DNA of 62,374 nucleotides, counting the filler, from Chiloscyllium plagiosum (lineage: Eukaryota), in the NCBI RefSeq assembly GCF_004010195.1. It is 4 parts of one record of this genome, joined end to end, with 100 filler letters (N's around TTAATTAATTAA, not from the genome) between each part and the next. Parts side by side here need not be neighbours in the genome. Positions count along the whole stretch, not along the records: positions 44,390 to 55,810 come from NC_057710.1; positions 55,911 to 62,374 come from NC_057710.1; 2 more parts are not named here. The stretch is one strand, 5' to 3'. The position numbers were made by a program, and so were the translations under genes. Every line of letters starts with the position of its first letter. The first letter of the stretch is position 1. This document shows, in pieces, positions 51,564 through 62,374 of the stretch. The notes beneath the pieces were generated by a model. It was not told the DNA's origin and did not search any database. It worked only from the letters and a program-made list of their open reading frames with translations.

Positions 51564-52293
51564 ATGACTCAGAGAACTATGCCTTGTTGTGACCAGGACT
51601 GGAAGGGGTGGTGTGGGGCCCCACTACGACCCTCTGACAGGTGGCACTCTGAGGGTGGGGTATTATATACAGGAAGCCTCCCTGGACCCTGAGCGAGCTA
51701 CTGGGAGATGTCCTCCCTGCAACCTCATTAGACAGGGCACTTCCACCAGCAGGAGGCTCCAATCAGAATCACCAATCTGTGCTAAATAGTGACTCACCAC
51801 TACCAGCTGGTCATTGGGTCAGATCCCTCCCGATTCTAGAATTCTGCTCTCAATCCAGCCCCCAAAACCATTTACGCTACACCAGGACGATTCTCCCAGG
51901 AAGTACTTGCTACTGGAATAGTGAAACACCTACCTTTTCAATCTCTCCACATACCTGATGCCCCTCATCTCCTGAGTTCCCTGCACTGATAAGAGGAACA
52001 TGCCCAGGCTTCTTGAGTTCAACAAAGGAATCAGGGACAAGAGCTTCCTGCTATAATCTCCAGGGCACCTCTTCAACCACCCTTGCCAACCAGTCAGCGG
52101 ACGTTCTAACTTTTGCAATATAAGTTGCCGTTCCCTTTGAAATATCCCATTGTTGTGTCTGTCCTGATGACTTCAAGATAGGAAGCTCTGACAGCATCTT
52201 TCTTTCTCCTTTGGTAACACTCCTCATCCTGGAAGACCATATTGAGAATTTTTGAAAGGTTTAATTTGTTTGGATCTGGTTGCTCCCGAACAG

Positions 52294-52486
52294 GTTCCTG
52301 GGCCATTTCCTGGCTTTGTCTCCCGACTATTGCTTCATCCTGGAGGGTGAGGACGGGGTGTCCGGCTGTGTGGCGGGAGCCCTGGAGGTCCGCTCCTTCT
52401 CGAAGGGGTGTGAGGCAGCTTGGTTTCCTGCCATGCAGGAGAAATACGCCAAACCTACGGCTCTCCACAACCTTACTCCGACACAG
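52294..52486 (+). CDS. OGA-like: O-GlcNAcase-like exon (pseudo-HAT domain)
   Basis: aacag|(R)FLGHFLALSPDYCFILEGEDGVSGCVAGALEVRSFSKGCEAAWFPAMQEKYAKPTALHNLTPTQ|gtgagc; DYCF.LE.EDG and W.P.MQEKY.KP motifs; phase 2-0. Confidence 0.95.
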
Positions 52487-52729
52487 GTGAGCGCTCGAAG
52501 CTTTCTGAGAGATGGAGCCAAGTGGAAAATGGATGCTCCAACATTCAGTTAGCCCAGGGCTCTACTGATTGTGGCCTCGACTGCACTTTCCTGTCTCCCC
52601 TCCCCTTGACCCTTCACCCCTTTATCAACCAAAAATCTATTGAGCTCAGCCTCAACAATACTCACTGGCTAAGCTTCCCTTTTGCACTGGGAAAGGGCTT
52701 TCCAAAAATCAGCAATCTGTGAGAGATAA

Positions 52730-53290
52730 AATCCCTTGTGAGACCTCTTACCGAGTCCCACATCAGAGATCAGTGTGGAAAGGTACAGCATGTGGGATTG
52801 GAGGTAATATATTGGCATGGGTCACCAATTGGTTGGCAAACAGGAAACAGTAGGAATAAACAGGCCTTTTTCTGAGTGGCAGTGTGATTAGTGAGGTACC
52901 ACAGGGATCAGTAGTTGGGCCCCAGCCGTTCACAATATACATCAACAATTTGGATAAGGGAATCAAGTGTAATATTTACAAGTTTGCTCACGAGATAAAA
53001 CGAGGTGGCAGTGTGGCTGGTGAGGAGGTCATAATGAGGCATCAAGGAGGTTGAGACTAGTTGAGTGAGTGGGCAAAGACATGACACATTTAGTATAACA
53101 TGGATAAATATGAAGTAATCCACATCAGTAGGAAATGGAATGGCAGAATATTATTTGAATGGTGGTAGATTGGGAAAAGTTGATGTACAAAGGGACTTGG
53201 GTTTCCTTCAACTATAGTCCCTGAGAGCAAGCTGTTAGGAAAGCAAATAGTATGTTGGTCTTCATTGCAAGAGGTTTTGAATATCTGTCT
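52730..53290 (+). mobile_element. Old CR1 RT fragment
   Basis: VPQGSVVGPQPFTIYINNLD. Confidence 0.78.
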
Positions 53291-53501
53291 TAGTGTCACA
53301 GGAAATGTTAACTACCATATGTTTGATCCTTTTATCCAAACCATTAATATAAATTGGAAGTAGTTGAGGTCACAGCACTCTGGGAGTTCCAGTCTTGGCC
53401 CAACCAAAAATGATTCATTTGTCCCGACTGTCTGTTTCCTTTATCCAAGTATGTTACTTGGAACTGTCTGCTATTGTAACGTTGGAGTCCAGCACTAGGT
53501 T

Positions 53502-54625
53502 TAGAACATAGAACAATACAGCACAGAACAGGCCCTTCTGCCCTCGATGTTGCATCGACCTGTGAACTATTCTCAGCTCGTCCCCCTACACTATCCCATC
53601 ATCAGCTTATCCAAGGATTGTTTAAATCTCCCTAATGTGGCTGAGTTGACTACTTTGGCAGGTAGGGCAATCCACACCCTTACCACTCTCTGCATAAAGA
53701 ACCTGCCTCTGACATCTGTCTTAAATCTATCACCCCTCAATTTGTAGTTATGCCCTCTCGTACAAGCTGACGTCATCATCCTAGGAAAACGTCTTTCACT
53801 GTCTACCCTATCTAATCCTCTGTATCTTGTATGTCTCTGTCAAATCCCCCCTTAGCCTTCTTCTTTCCAATGAGAACAGACCCAAGTCTCTCAGCCTTTC
53901 CTCATAAGAGCTTCCCTCCAGACCAGGCAACATCCTGGTAAACATCCTCTGCACCTTTTCCAATGCTTCCACATCCTTCCTGTAATGGGGCGACCAGAAC
54001 TGTACACAATATTCCATGTGTGGCCACACTAGCGTTTTGTATAGTTGCAGCGGTTCCGGAACTCAATCTCACGACCAATGAAACCTAACACACTGTATGT
54101 CTTCTTAACAGCACTATCTACCTGGATGGCAACTTTCAGGGATCTACGTACATGAACTTCAAGATCCCTCTGCACATCCACACTACCAAGAATCTTTCCT
54201 TTGACCCAGTACTCTGCCTTCTTGTTATTCTTCCCAAAGTGCATCACCTCACATTTATCTGTATTTGCCACCTCTCAGCCCAACTGTGCGGTTTATCCAA
54301 GTCCCCCTGCAACCTGTAATATTTTTCCAAACTATCCACTACTCCACCAACTTTATGTTGTCTGCAAATTTACTAATCCATCCACCTATGCCTGCGTTTA
54401 AGTCATTTATAAAAATGACAAACAGCAGTGGTCCCAAAACAGATCCTTGTGGCACATCACTAGTAACTGGCCTCCAGGCTGAATATTTTCCATCAATCCC
54501 CACTCGCTGCCTTCTTTCAGAAAGCCAGTTTCTAATCTAAACTGCTAAATCACCCTCAATTCCATGTCTCTGCATTTTCTCCATCAGCCTACCATGTGGA
54601 ACCTTATCAAAGGCTTTACTGAAGT
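53502..54625 (-). mobile_element. CR1 RT and 3' end
   Basis: [23 protein letters not shown]; tail tagaacatagaaca. Confidence 0.92.
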
Positions 54626-54756
54626 CAAGATTTGAGGTTTAACTGGGATTCGTTAGGACACTTTAAAGACCAGAGATCAAGGGCTTTTACAGATGGGCAA
54701 CTCCCAGCCCTAGGCGAGTTCTCCCTAGTTTCCTACCCAATATTTATCTGTCAACG

Positions 54757-54995
54757 AACCTCAAAAATGCAGGAACAGTTGGGGAAACTCAGCAGGTCTG
54801 ACATCATCTTTGGAGAGAGAAACACAGTTAACATCTTGAGTCTGATATGACTTCAGAAGCTGAGTTTCTCCAGCTCTGAAGAAGTCCCGTCAGACCCAAG
54901 ACGTTAACTGTGTTTCTCCCTCCACAGATGCTGCCAGAACTGTTGAATTTCTCCAGCATGTTCATATTTCAGACATCCAGTATCAGCAGTATTTT
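54757..54995. mobile_element. Older fold-back Penelope-like insertion
   Basis: Imperfect inverted arms (gagagaaacacagttaac / gttaactgtgtttctc) with a decayed ctgaaga core. Confidence 0.6.
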
Positions 54996-55317
54996 TAATA
55001 TCAGTGAAACGGATTGCTCAGTCATTGTCACATTGCTGTTTGTGGGTATTACAGTTTAGAAAGACTGCAACTGTGATGACTGACAGTGCAGTAGTCTGTC
55101 AGGGTTCTAGTGGATTGTCAGCCTGGACGATGCAGCCAGATTTCGCTCGGGGCAGGGATTTGAGCTGATGATGATGATGATGTAACCCAGACAGTATGGT
55201 GCTGATTGGTCGGTGGAGGAACCTCTACAATGTACTTCACTCCTATAAATATTACCGGTCACACAGGAGGGACAACGGCTTCCAAATGTCACAGACACTT
55301 GCTTCTTTTGTTTTCAG

Positions 55318-55477
55318 GAGCTGATCATGTTCTTCCACAGCAAGAAGCCCAGTTTCCCAGATTCCTTACTCTATCACTTCCCCTCACTACTCCAGTTGAA
55401 CGTTCCTCCTCAGATGCTGGATTCTAGTGAAGCCCGGAATTTGGTGATCTGTCTCATGTCTGCACTGAAGGCTAACG
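55318..55477 (+). CDS. OGA-like: O-GlcNAcase-like penultimate exon
   Basis: ttttcag|ELIMFFHSKKPSFPDSLLYHFPSLLQLNVPPQMLDSSEARNLVICLMSALKAN(G)|gtgggt; FPSL and CL.S.LKANG motifs; phase 0-1. Confidence 0.93.
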
Positions 55478-55810
55478 GTGGGTGATCTCGATATCTCAGA
55501 GAGAGCCCCAGTGGGGCTAACCCCTCTGCTGTACCTTTACTAACCCAACCAAACCAACCTGCCTCTCCGTTTCCGTATACAGTTCTTACTTCTGCCTCCT
55601 ATCTGTCTTTGCATGACCCCCTGACCCTTCACCACGTGTGGCTTTGATCCTCTTCCTGGGTCGATTGACCCCACATTGGATATCATTTCCATCCTGGATC
55701 TACTACTGGCCTCCTTTCAGATACACTCCGATCCTGCCCCATGGATTATTCTCACTCTGCTCTCCATAATTTTCCCAATGCTGCTCCTACATCACGCCCA
55801 TCCTGATCCC

Positions 55811-55910
55811 NNNNNNNNNNNNNNNNNNNNNNNNNNNNNNNNNNNNNNNNNNNNTTAATTAATTAANNNNNNNNNNNNNNNNNNNNNNNNNNNNNNNNNN
55901 NNNNNNNNNN
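55811..55910. other. Artificial contig spacer
   Basis: 44 N + TTAATTAATTAA + 44 N. Confidence 0.98.
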
Positions 55911-56577
55911 GTGTGTCAGTGATGAGGGATCTGTAGACTCCTGGGGTTGGTGAGGAGGTGATGGAGGTTTGGGACCAGCTGGGTCATGGGTGTCAGGTAG
56001 AGGGGCTTTGTCCAGTCTGACATGGTCATGTCGGGTCTGTTGTCGGGTCAGGGGGAATGGGGGAAGTGTGTCGGTGACAACGACTGAACCTAATCAAAAT
56101 TTCGGGGCCAATGAAGTGTAACTTGGATAATTCCATTGATTGGAATCATTAGACTAAACAACCAGTGGGAACAGTGAATATAAATGCGGATCAAAATACT
56201 CCCTTTTTATGTTAATGCAACTGAATCATTTTGATTGAAGAAGAAACGCTTGTATTCTTTGTTGGAAACAAAGTTACTGACTGCCTGTAAAGGGCAGTGT
56301 TTACAAACAGGATACGGGGATTTCTGAGATCGGACATTGGTGGAATTGGTCAAATTTCCAATGTGGGCACATGTCCATAATATGTCTAAGGAACAGTCAC
56401 TGCATTCACTGGAAGCTCGGTATCAGGGTATATCTTTCTTTAGGTACGGAGACCAGAGTTATGCACTGTAGTCTAGGTTAATACAATGTGTAGTTTGAGG
56501 AAGACAAAACAATTTCAGAATTAAGCACATTTCACTGTTGAGTATGGATAAAGGTAACAGAACCTTCTAGAAAAATT

Positions 56578-56740
56578 TCATTGCAATTCCTTTTCGAAAG
56601 CTATTTGTGCTCGTCTACCTTTCTTATACCAACCAATAATAAATTTCCCATTAAGTATTCTCTTGTCTTCTTCCAAGTCTTTCATGAAATCAAGGACCAG
56701 TTCTTCATATTGTTTCCCATCAGTTTTGTTGGGAATAGTC
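56578..56740 (-). CDS. SOUL/heme-binding-family gene, last exon
   Basis: ccgttgcag|(R)TIPNKTDGKQYEELVLDFMKDLEEDKRILNGKFIIGWYKKGRRAQIAFEKELQ*; helix-strand pattern like the HEBP2 C-terminal exon; phase 2. Confidence 0.68.
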
Positions 56741-57399
56741 CTGCAACGGAATTAAGAATATAGACATTTAATTCTCATTCCTCGTGACAAAACCTGTCTG
56801 AATCAGAGTAGGTTACAGGGCCAACAGCAACAGGAGTCAGGCTTTCAGCCCATTGGGAACCCTCCATCATTCCGTTCCATCATGATTACAGGAACAGAAT
56901 CGAAAAGCAATCAGAACGGACAGTCCCGTGGCCGATAAGGGGATACAGGTTTGGTGAGGAATTCTGAGAGTTGACATAAACTTAACGGCACTGTTCAAAA
57001 AACTGCATGGCAGAGACGGCAGGGGAATTTTGGTGCACTGATCTTTATTGAGAGAGTGAATAGCAATGCAAACAGGGCCTTGAGTTTATAACGAGATGAT
57101 TGATTCCCCAATCGAGGAAGTTTTGCTGAACCCCTATGAAATTCTGTTATGACCATTGTGGCCATTGATGATCACATTTTAGGGAATACATGAGTCTCCT
57201 TAAGAGGTTGCAGAGGGTTCCCACAAGAATGGTTCCGCAAAGGAGGACGAAGAAACTTGTAAGGGACAGGAGAATTGAATATGAATATAATCCATAAAAA
57301 TCAAAAATGGACTGTGAAAGCTTCCATTGGTGATGATTTGGCTATAACGAATGTGGGTCCATTCCAGACAGAGTTGGATGGATTTATTTTCAGGAATAG

Positions 57400-58450
57400 A
57401 GAAGTGGTCGAGGAGCTGAATGAATAAGTTGTGTCTGTTTTCACTGAAGTGGATCCAGTGACTGTGATGCCATTGAATGTCAGTGGGTGATGTTTACCTT
57501 CTCTCTTGTTGGAGATGGTCAGTGCCTGACAGTTATGTGGTGCAAACCAAATTGGTGCAGTTATGGACAGTGAGGAAGGTTGTCAACGGATACAGCAACA
57601 AATGGAGATCACTTGGAAAGATGGGCAATGAAATGGCATGTGGTGTTTAATCCAGGCAATTTTGAGATAATACACTTTGGAAGGTCAAATGCAAGAATTC
57701 AAAATTATATCATAAATGGCAAGAATTGAACTGCAGAGGGATCTTGGGTCAAGTCACTAGCTCGCTGAAAGTGGCAATACAAGTGGAGAAGGTTATAAAG
57801 ATGGAATAATGGCTTGTTAGCCTTCATCAGTCTGGGGCTTGAGTATAAAAGTTGCAAAGTCATGCTGCAGATTACAGGAAGGATGTGGGGGCCTCGGACA
57901 TGGTGCAAGAGAGATTTATCAGGATGTTGCCTGGATTGGAGTGTATTCAATATAAGGAGAGTTTGGGTACACTCGGATTGTTTTCACTAGAATATCAGAG
58001 GCTGAGGGACGAACTGATGGAAGTATATTAAATAATGGTATTCAATATAAGGAGAGTTTGGGCACACTCGGATTGTTTTCACTAGAATATCAGAGGCTGA
58101 GGGACGAACTGATGGAAGTATATTAAAAAATGAGATGTATGGAGAGGGTAGACAGTCAGAGTCTTTATCCCAGGGTGGAAATTTCAAACACTAGTGGGCA
58201 TAGGTTTATGGTGAGAGGAGAATGAGCGAGGGAAGTTTTTATACACAGTGTGGTCAGTGCCTGGAATGTGCTACCCAGGGCGCTGGAAGGTGTAGATGTG
58301 GGAGTAAAGTTTAAGAGACATTTAAGGAAACAGAGGGATATAGACCTTGTGCAGGTAGTTAGGAATGTTGTAGAGTTGCATCACGGTCAGCACAGATATG
58401 TTGGGCTGAAGGGCCTGTTTCTGTGCTGCACTCTTGTATGTTCTATGTTC
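57400..58450 (+). mobile_element. Old CR1 RT and 3' end
   Basis: KIGAVMDSEEGC, RFIRMLPGLE; tail gttctatgttct. Confidence 0.82.
57943..58127. repeat. 95-bp tandem duplication
   Basis: gtattcaatataaggagag...gaagtatattaaa at 57943 and 58038, nearly identical. Confidence 0.92.
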
Positions 58451-59011
58451 TCCATTCTAAATGTCACCTACCACCTGTCAGCCCAATCCCAGATATTGTC
58501 CAGGTCTTGCTGAATCTCTGGAGACAGAAGCAGAGTGAGTGATTCATGTTCAGTATGTCTCTTCTTCAGAGATTTATTTGGGCTGGTGTTCCTTAACACC
58601 CAAAAGGGACAGAAAATATTTCTCAGGAGGAGTCAATTGAGATGAATGAAATGAAACTGGTAACAGAGACAGCTTCGAGACGGCTTCAGTCAGTCCCATT
58701 GAAGAGGGAGGTGGTTAGTGCGCATGTGCAGGTATGACTCCAACCAGTGGAAATTCCTCCCAGTTCCCATTGATTCCAGTTTTGCTGGAACTCCTTAATA
58801 TCACATTTGTTCAGACACAGCCTCGAGGACAAGGGTGGTCTCTCTCACCTCAGCCCCGGAAATCAGCTCCTTTGGAAATGTCTCCTCCCACCATCAACAC
58901 ACAAAGTTAACAACGTGTACCATCTACAAGATGCACTGCAGTATCTCACTGAACCCTGTCCACCATCGACAAGGCACAGGTCAGGAGTGGGATAGACTAC
59001 ACACCACTTGC

Positions 59012-59163
59012 CTGTACAGGGAAGGCTGGAAAATCCCTCAGATTGTATTGCAGCCAATCAGCTTGCAATACAATGGTCACACATACATTGAATCTCTGTG
59101 GAAATGTTCCATTTACCAAGCATCCAGTGAGTACCCAAGGTGCAGTGATAGGAACTATTGTTT
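59012..59163 (-). CDS. SOUL-family gene exon 3 (3' boundary uncertain, possibly disrupted)
   Basis: ctctatctacag|(E)TIVPITAPWVLTGCLVNGTFPQRFNVCVTIV..; IVPITAPW resembles the SOUL I.MTAPV motif; phase 1 fits exon 2. Confidence 0.68.
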
Positions 59164-59916
59164 CTGTAGATAGAGAAAAACCCTGGTATAACATTTTACT
59201 CGGTGATCATCTGTGGTGTCACTGACAGTGAGTCAGAGGTTACAGGTGAAGGGTCAGGGTGACATTGCTGAAGTGGGACACAGCGCTGTGGGAGGGGACT
59301 CCTGTGCTGGCTGTTTGGTTGATGTAACCAGCTCATTACACGGACCTACTGTCTTTCCAAACATCCACATCTTTTCTCTCATTATGTAAATGTTCATCTT
59401 TGAATGCTGTGATTGAAGCTGTTTCCTGCACTATTCCAGGCAGTGAATTCCACATCATACAGGAATACACGTGGACACAACCATACAAACGGAGAGCAGG
59501 AGAAGGTCATTCAACCCCTCACACCTGAACCACTGATCCCACAGCATTTCCTTCTCTTTTGTAAATTTGACAATTTTTAATTAGATTACTTCCTTGCGAT
59601 CCTAATTGTTAATTGAGAAACTTCAGGAACAATCTCCAAAATATTGAGCACTGTGTCTTTGACTGTGTAGAACTCTGCAGTCCCACTCCCACCACAAGGG
59701 TGAAACCTTCCCTGATTCTGGGACCATAAAGCCAAGTATCAAAAGAGGGTGACACTTTGACTAAATAGCAGCATGTAACCAAGGGATCCCCAGGGATTGA
59801 CAATTGTGGAATGTTTTGTCAATGTGTTTGTCAATGTAGAAAGTATGAAGCAAGAAATGTGAAAGAGTGAACAGTCACTATATTCTGTTGTTACTTTGAT
59901 GGGATATCTGATATAC

Positions 59917-60046
59917 CTTCAGCATTGCCAAAACGTGAATACTTGAACAGTTTGTCCAGACCGAGCTCCACTACTTGCTCCAAATCCGTTCCATGAACCT
60001 CTGCCTCAACATATTGTAAGTTTATGTATGTCACCTCATCATAATT
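59917..60046 (-). CDS. SOUL-family gene exon 2
   Basis: ctctcatttcag|NYDEVTYINLQYVEAEVHGTDLEQVVELGLDKLFKYSRFGNAE|gtatat; resembles YE.R.Y...GF.KLF.YI.G.N; phase 0-1. Confidence 0.8.
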
Positions 60047-61021
60047 CTGAAATGAGAGTAAAAAATGTCACTGTATGGTATAAACTGTACTCCCACCAAA
60101 GTACATCAATGCTGAGAGAACTGTCCCAAGTGTCCAGGTGTGGAAGAGCCTTCATGTTCTGGAGGGACTGAGTCTGAAACAGAGTTTGGAATTTTTAATG
60201 GGATTCCTGACAGCAGCACTTCCTGATTCATTCCCTTTCTCTCTCACTCTCTCATCTTTCATGTTGTCCTGTTCTGTCCCTTTGGATTATCAATAACAAC
60301 ATTGAGATAATGTTATTGAAATGCTCCGACATTGAGCCAATGTTAATGCCCACATGTCCCGGTGTTGTGCATCTCTCTGTCTGTTTTAACACATTATTGA
60401 AACAGAGAAATTCTTTGAGGTATGAGGAATGATCACCAAATGGGATTTATCACAAGGATATTAATCCAGAGACCCAGGTCAGGTTCTGTGGACCTGGACT
60501 GAACCCCAGCAGGGCAGATGATACAATTTGAATTCATTGAAACAAATATGTGGAATTAAGGGGCAATCCAGGGTTGGGGTTGAGGGGATTCCACTCACAA
60601 CCAGACTTGGCGTCTTGCACATTGAACACAGAGACCTTCAGCCTATGATCAGCTGCCTTTCAGAAACAGGGTTAGATTGAGTGAAGACAGGAGCAGTAGG
60701 AAAGCTCCCTGACTCCTGAGTCCTTGTGTTGTCCCCCACCATTCCCCTCTCTGTGAGCACACTGACCACTCCCTTCACCTGCTGCTGGAGATGGAAGCCC
60801 TGATATTCTTCTAACTGCACAAGCTGGCAGTGGGAGCCAGGCAGGCTATGGCAGCTCATGTAGAAAGTGTTAATGAGGCTCGAGGAGTAATTTCAGTCCA
60901 GCCTCATGGTTCATGGGATGTGCACTGTCGGTGCACTGCAGGTTAGGGACTAAAAACAACATGGAATAATTTCCACTGGTACAAACACAACAGAACAGAG
61001 GAAACTCTCAGCTGTACTGAC

Positions 61022-61153
61022 CTTGTCCTGGATGACTTGATCTGGCCCGACACAGTCAACACCCTTACAGAGGTCAATCACCTCCTGCTCTGGATCCCGT
61101 GCAGCAATTTGATGCCCAAAAAGGACAGACACAGTGAAGAAGATTCTCGGCAT
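61022..61153 (-). CDS. SOUL-family gene exon 1 (possible signal peptide)
   Basis: accaagATG; MPRIFFTVSVLFGHQIAARDPEQEVIDLCKGVDCVGPDQVIQDK|gtcagt; C-x4-C motif; phase 0 fits exon 2. Confidence 0.72.
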
Positions 61154-61243
61154 CTTGGTGTTCTCTCAGATCCCTGGTGAACGCACTGACTGACTCTCAG
61201 CACCTTCAGGTGGATCTGCAGTTTGAGCACAGAGTTACACTCG

Positions 61244-61250
61244 TTATATA
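61244..61250 (-). promoter_or_regulatory. TATA box candidate for the SOUL-family gene
   Basis: TATATAA about 90 bp upstream of the ATG at 61153. Confidence 0.5.
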
Positions 61251-61839
61251 CTCTTTGATGAAGATGATTTTGAATACAGTTTATCCTTAGGTAGGAACGT
61301 CATGATGGAGAAACATTCCAGCTGATTTTTTATGGAAATTTCTCTTAGCTCTGACATTCCAATGGATTTAGAAATCCTTAACTCTCTGTGTGCTGGCTCC
61401 TGGGAACACTGAACACTTGGGAAAGCTGTTTTTGTAATTGCTACCAGCTCACATACTCAGGGTTGTCACTCTTCCCGGTTTGGGAATGCACTGGATTGGA
61501 AGATTAATCTCCCAGTCACTGGTGATGAGGAGAAAACAATTTCACCTTTGGGGTTCAGTTTTGTATATCTTCATTTCCTGGGTTTCCTGCAGCTTTCCCT
61601 GCAGTCAGTTTGGACACGGGGGCTATTCTGCTCCCTGACCATGGACAGACCACTGTTCACTCACAGTAGCAGGGTAAGGCCGGTGGGGTGTTCACTGCCC
61701 TATGATTGGAACATCTCATAAAGATCCTGTTTGTGTCTTTCCCTCCTTCCCTGAGATATACTGAGACTGGCTGAATGATTCCTACGCCCCCTTCAAAACT
61801 ACTCCTACTGATATCCAGCTCCTGACACAGCCTGTCACT

Positions 61840-62142
61840 GAGGTACACTTCCCCTGGCACTGTTCATCACTGCATTAGTGTTCACATGGCATTGAATCTG
61901 GCAGGGTCACTCTTTCCCTGACTCTGTCTCTCACTGAATCAGCATTTTCCTGGCATTGGCTCTCATTGGGTCACCATTTCCCTGACAATGACTCGCACTG
62001 GATCACCATTTCCCTGACACTGACTCGCACTGGATTACCATTTACCTGGCATGGAATGTCACTGGATCACTGTTGTCCTGGCACTGACGGTGATTGGATC
62101 AATACTTCCCAGGCACTGACCGTCACTGGGTCACCACTGCCT
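61840..62142. repeat. 32-bp degenerate minisatellite, about 9 copies
   Basis: Unit ggatcaccatttccctgacactgactcgcact. Confidence 0.8.
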
Positions 62143-62219
62143 TGTCATTTACTCTCCAATGTTTCCTGATTCTGGCAAATGGCCTAATTATGATTTTAAT
62201 TCATATGTTTGTAAAACAT

Positions 62220-62355
62220 TGTTTACAAGTAATCAAGGGCTAAGGGAAAAGGCAGGAGGATGGTGTTGAGAAACTTATCAGCCATGATGGAATAGCAGAA
62301 TAAACTCAATGGGCTGAATGGCCAAATTCTGCTCCAATGCATTATGGACTTACAA
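62220..62355 (+). mobile_element. CR1 3' end remnant
   Basis: atcagccatgat..aat..cagaa..actcaatgggctgaatggcc tail. Confidence 0.7.
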
Positions 62356-62374
62356 TTTAATTCCTTGGAAGAAG

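Noticed and set aside
51576..52240. Possible solo LTR and Tx1-like remnant
   Set aside because: Too degenerate; no clear TSD or diagnostic motif
55911..56500. Terminal OGA-like exon
   Set aside because: No FY.KLG-like peptide found by eye in this contig
61840..62142. CRISPR-like 32-bp repeats
   Set aside because: Contiguous degenerate minisatellite without spacers

Overview
Eukaryotic, repeat-rich DNA from a cartilaginous fish; HE1-type SINEs, HER1/CR1 LINEs and shark-type Penelope repeats suggest a carpet or bamboo shark (inference). It is not one continuous locus: four contigs (1-22027, 22128-44289, 44390-55810, 55911-62374) are joined by artificial 100-bp spacers (44N-TTAATTAATTAA-44N). 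Most listed ORFs are fragments of transposable elements: CR1, Rex1/Babar, Tx1, L1, Penelope, Gypsy, a Tc1/mariner MITE and SINEs. Host genes are four in-phase exons of a divergent O-GlcNAcase (OGA/MGEA5)-like paralog (+, 48666-55477), a four-exon SOUL/heme-binding-family gene (-, 56578-61153) with a possibly disrupted exon 3, and a few candidate exons of an unidentified minus-strand gene. The most unusual structures are many short fold-back Penelope insertions with 9-15 bp target duplications and minimal hammerhead-ribozyme cores. One of them (9581-10429) holds copies of two neighbouring genomic segments between its inverted arms. No CRISPR array or prokaryotic system is seen. Family and gene calls come from recalled motifs, not searches, and repeat boundaries are approximate unless stated.
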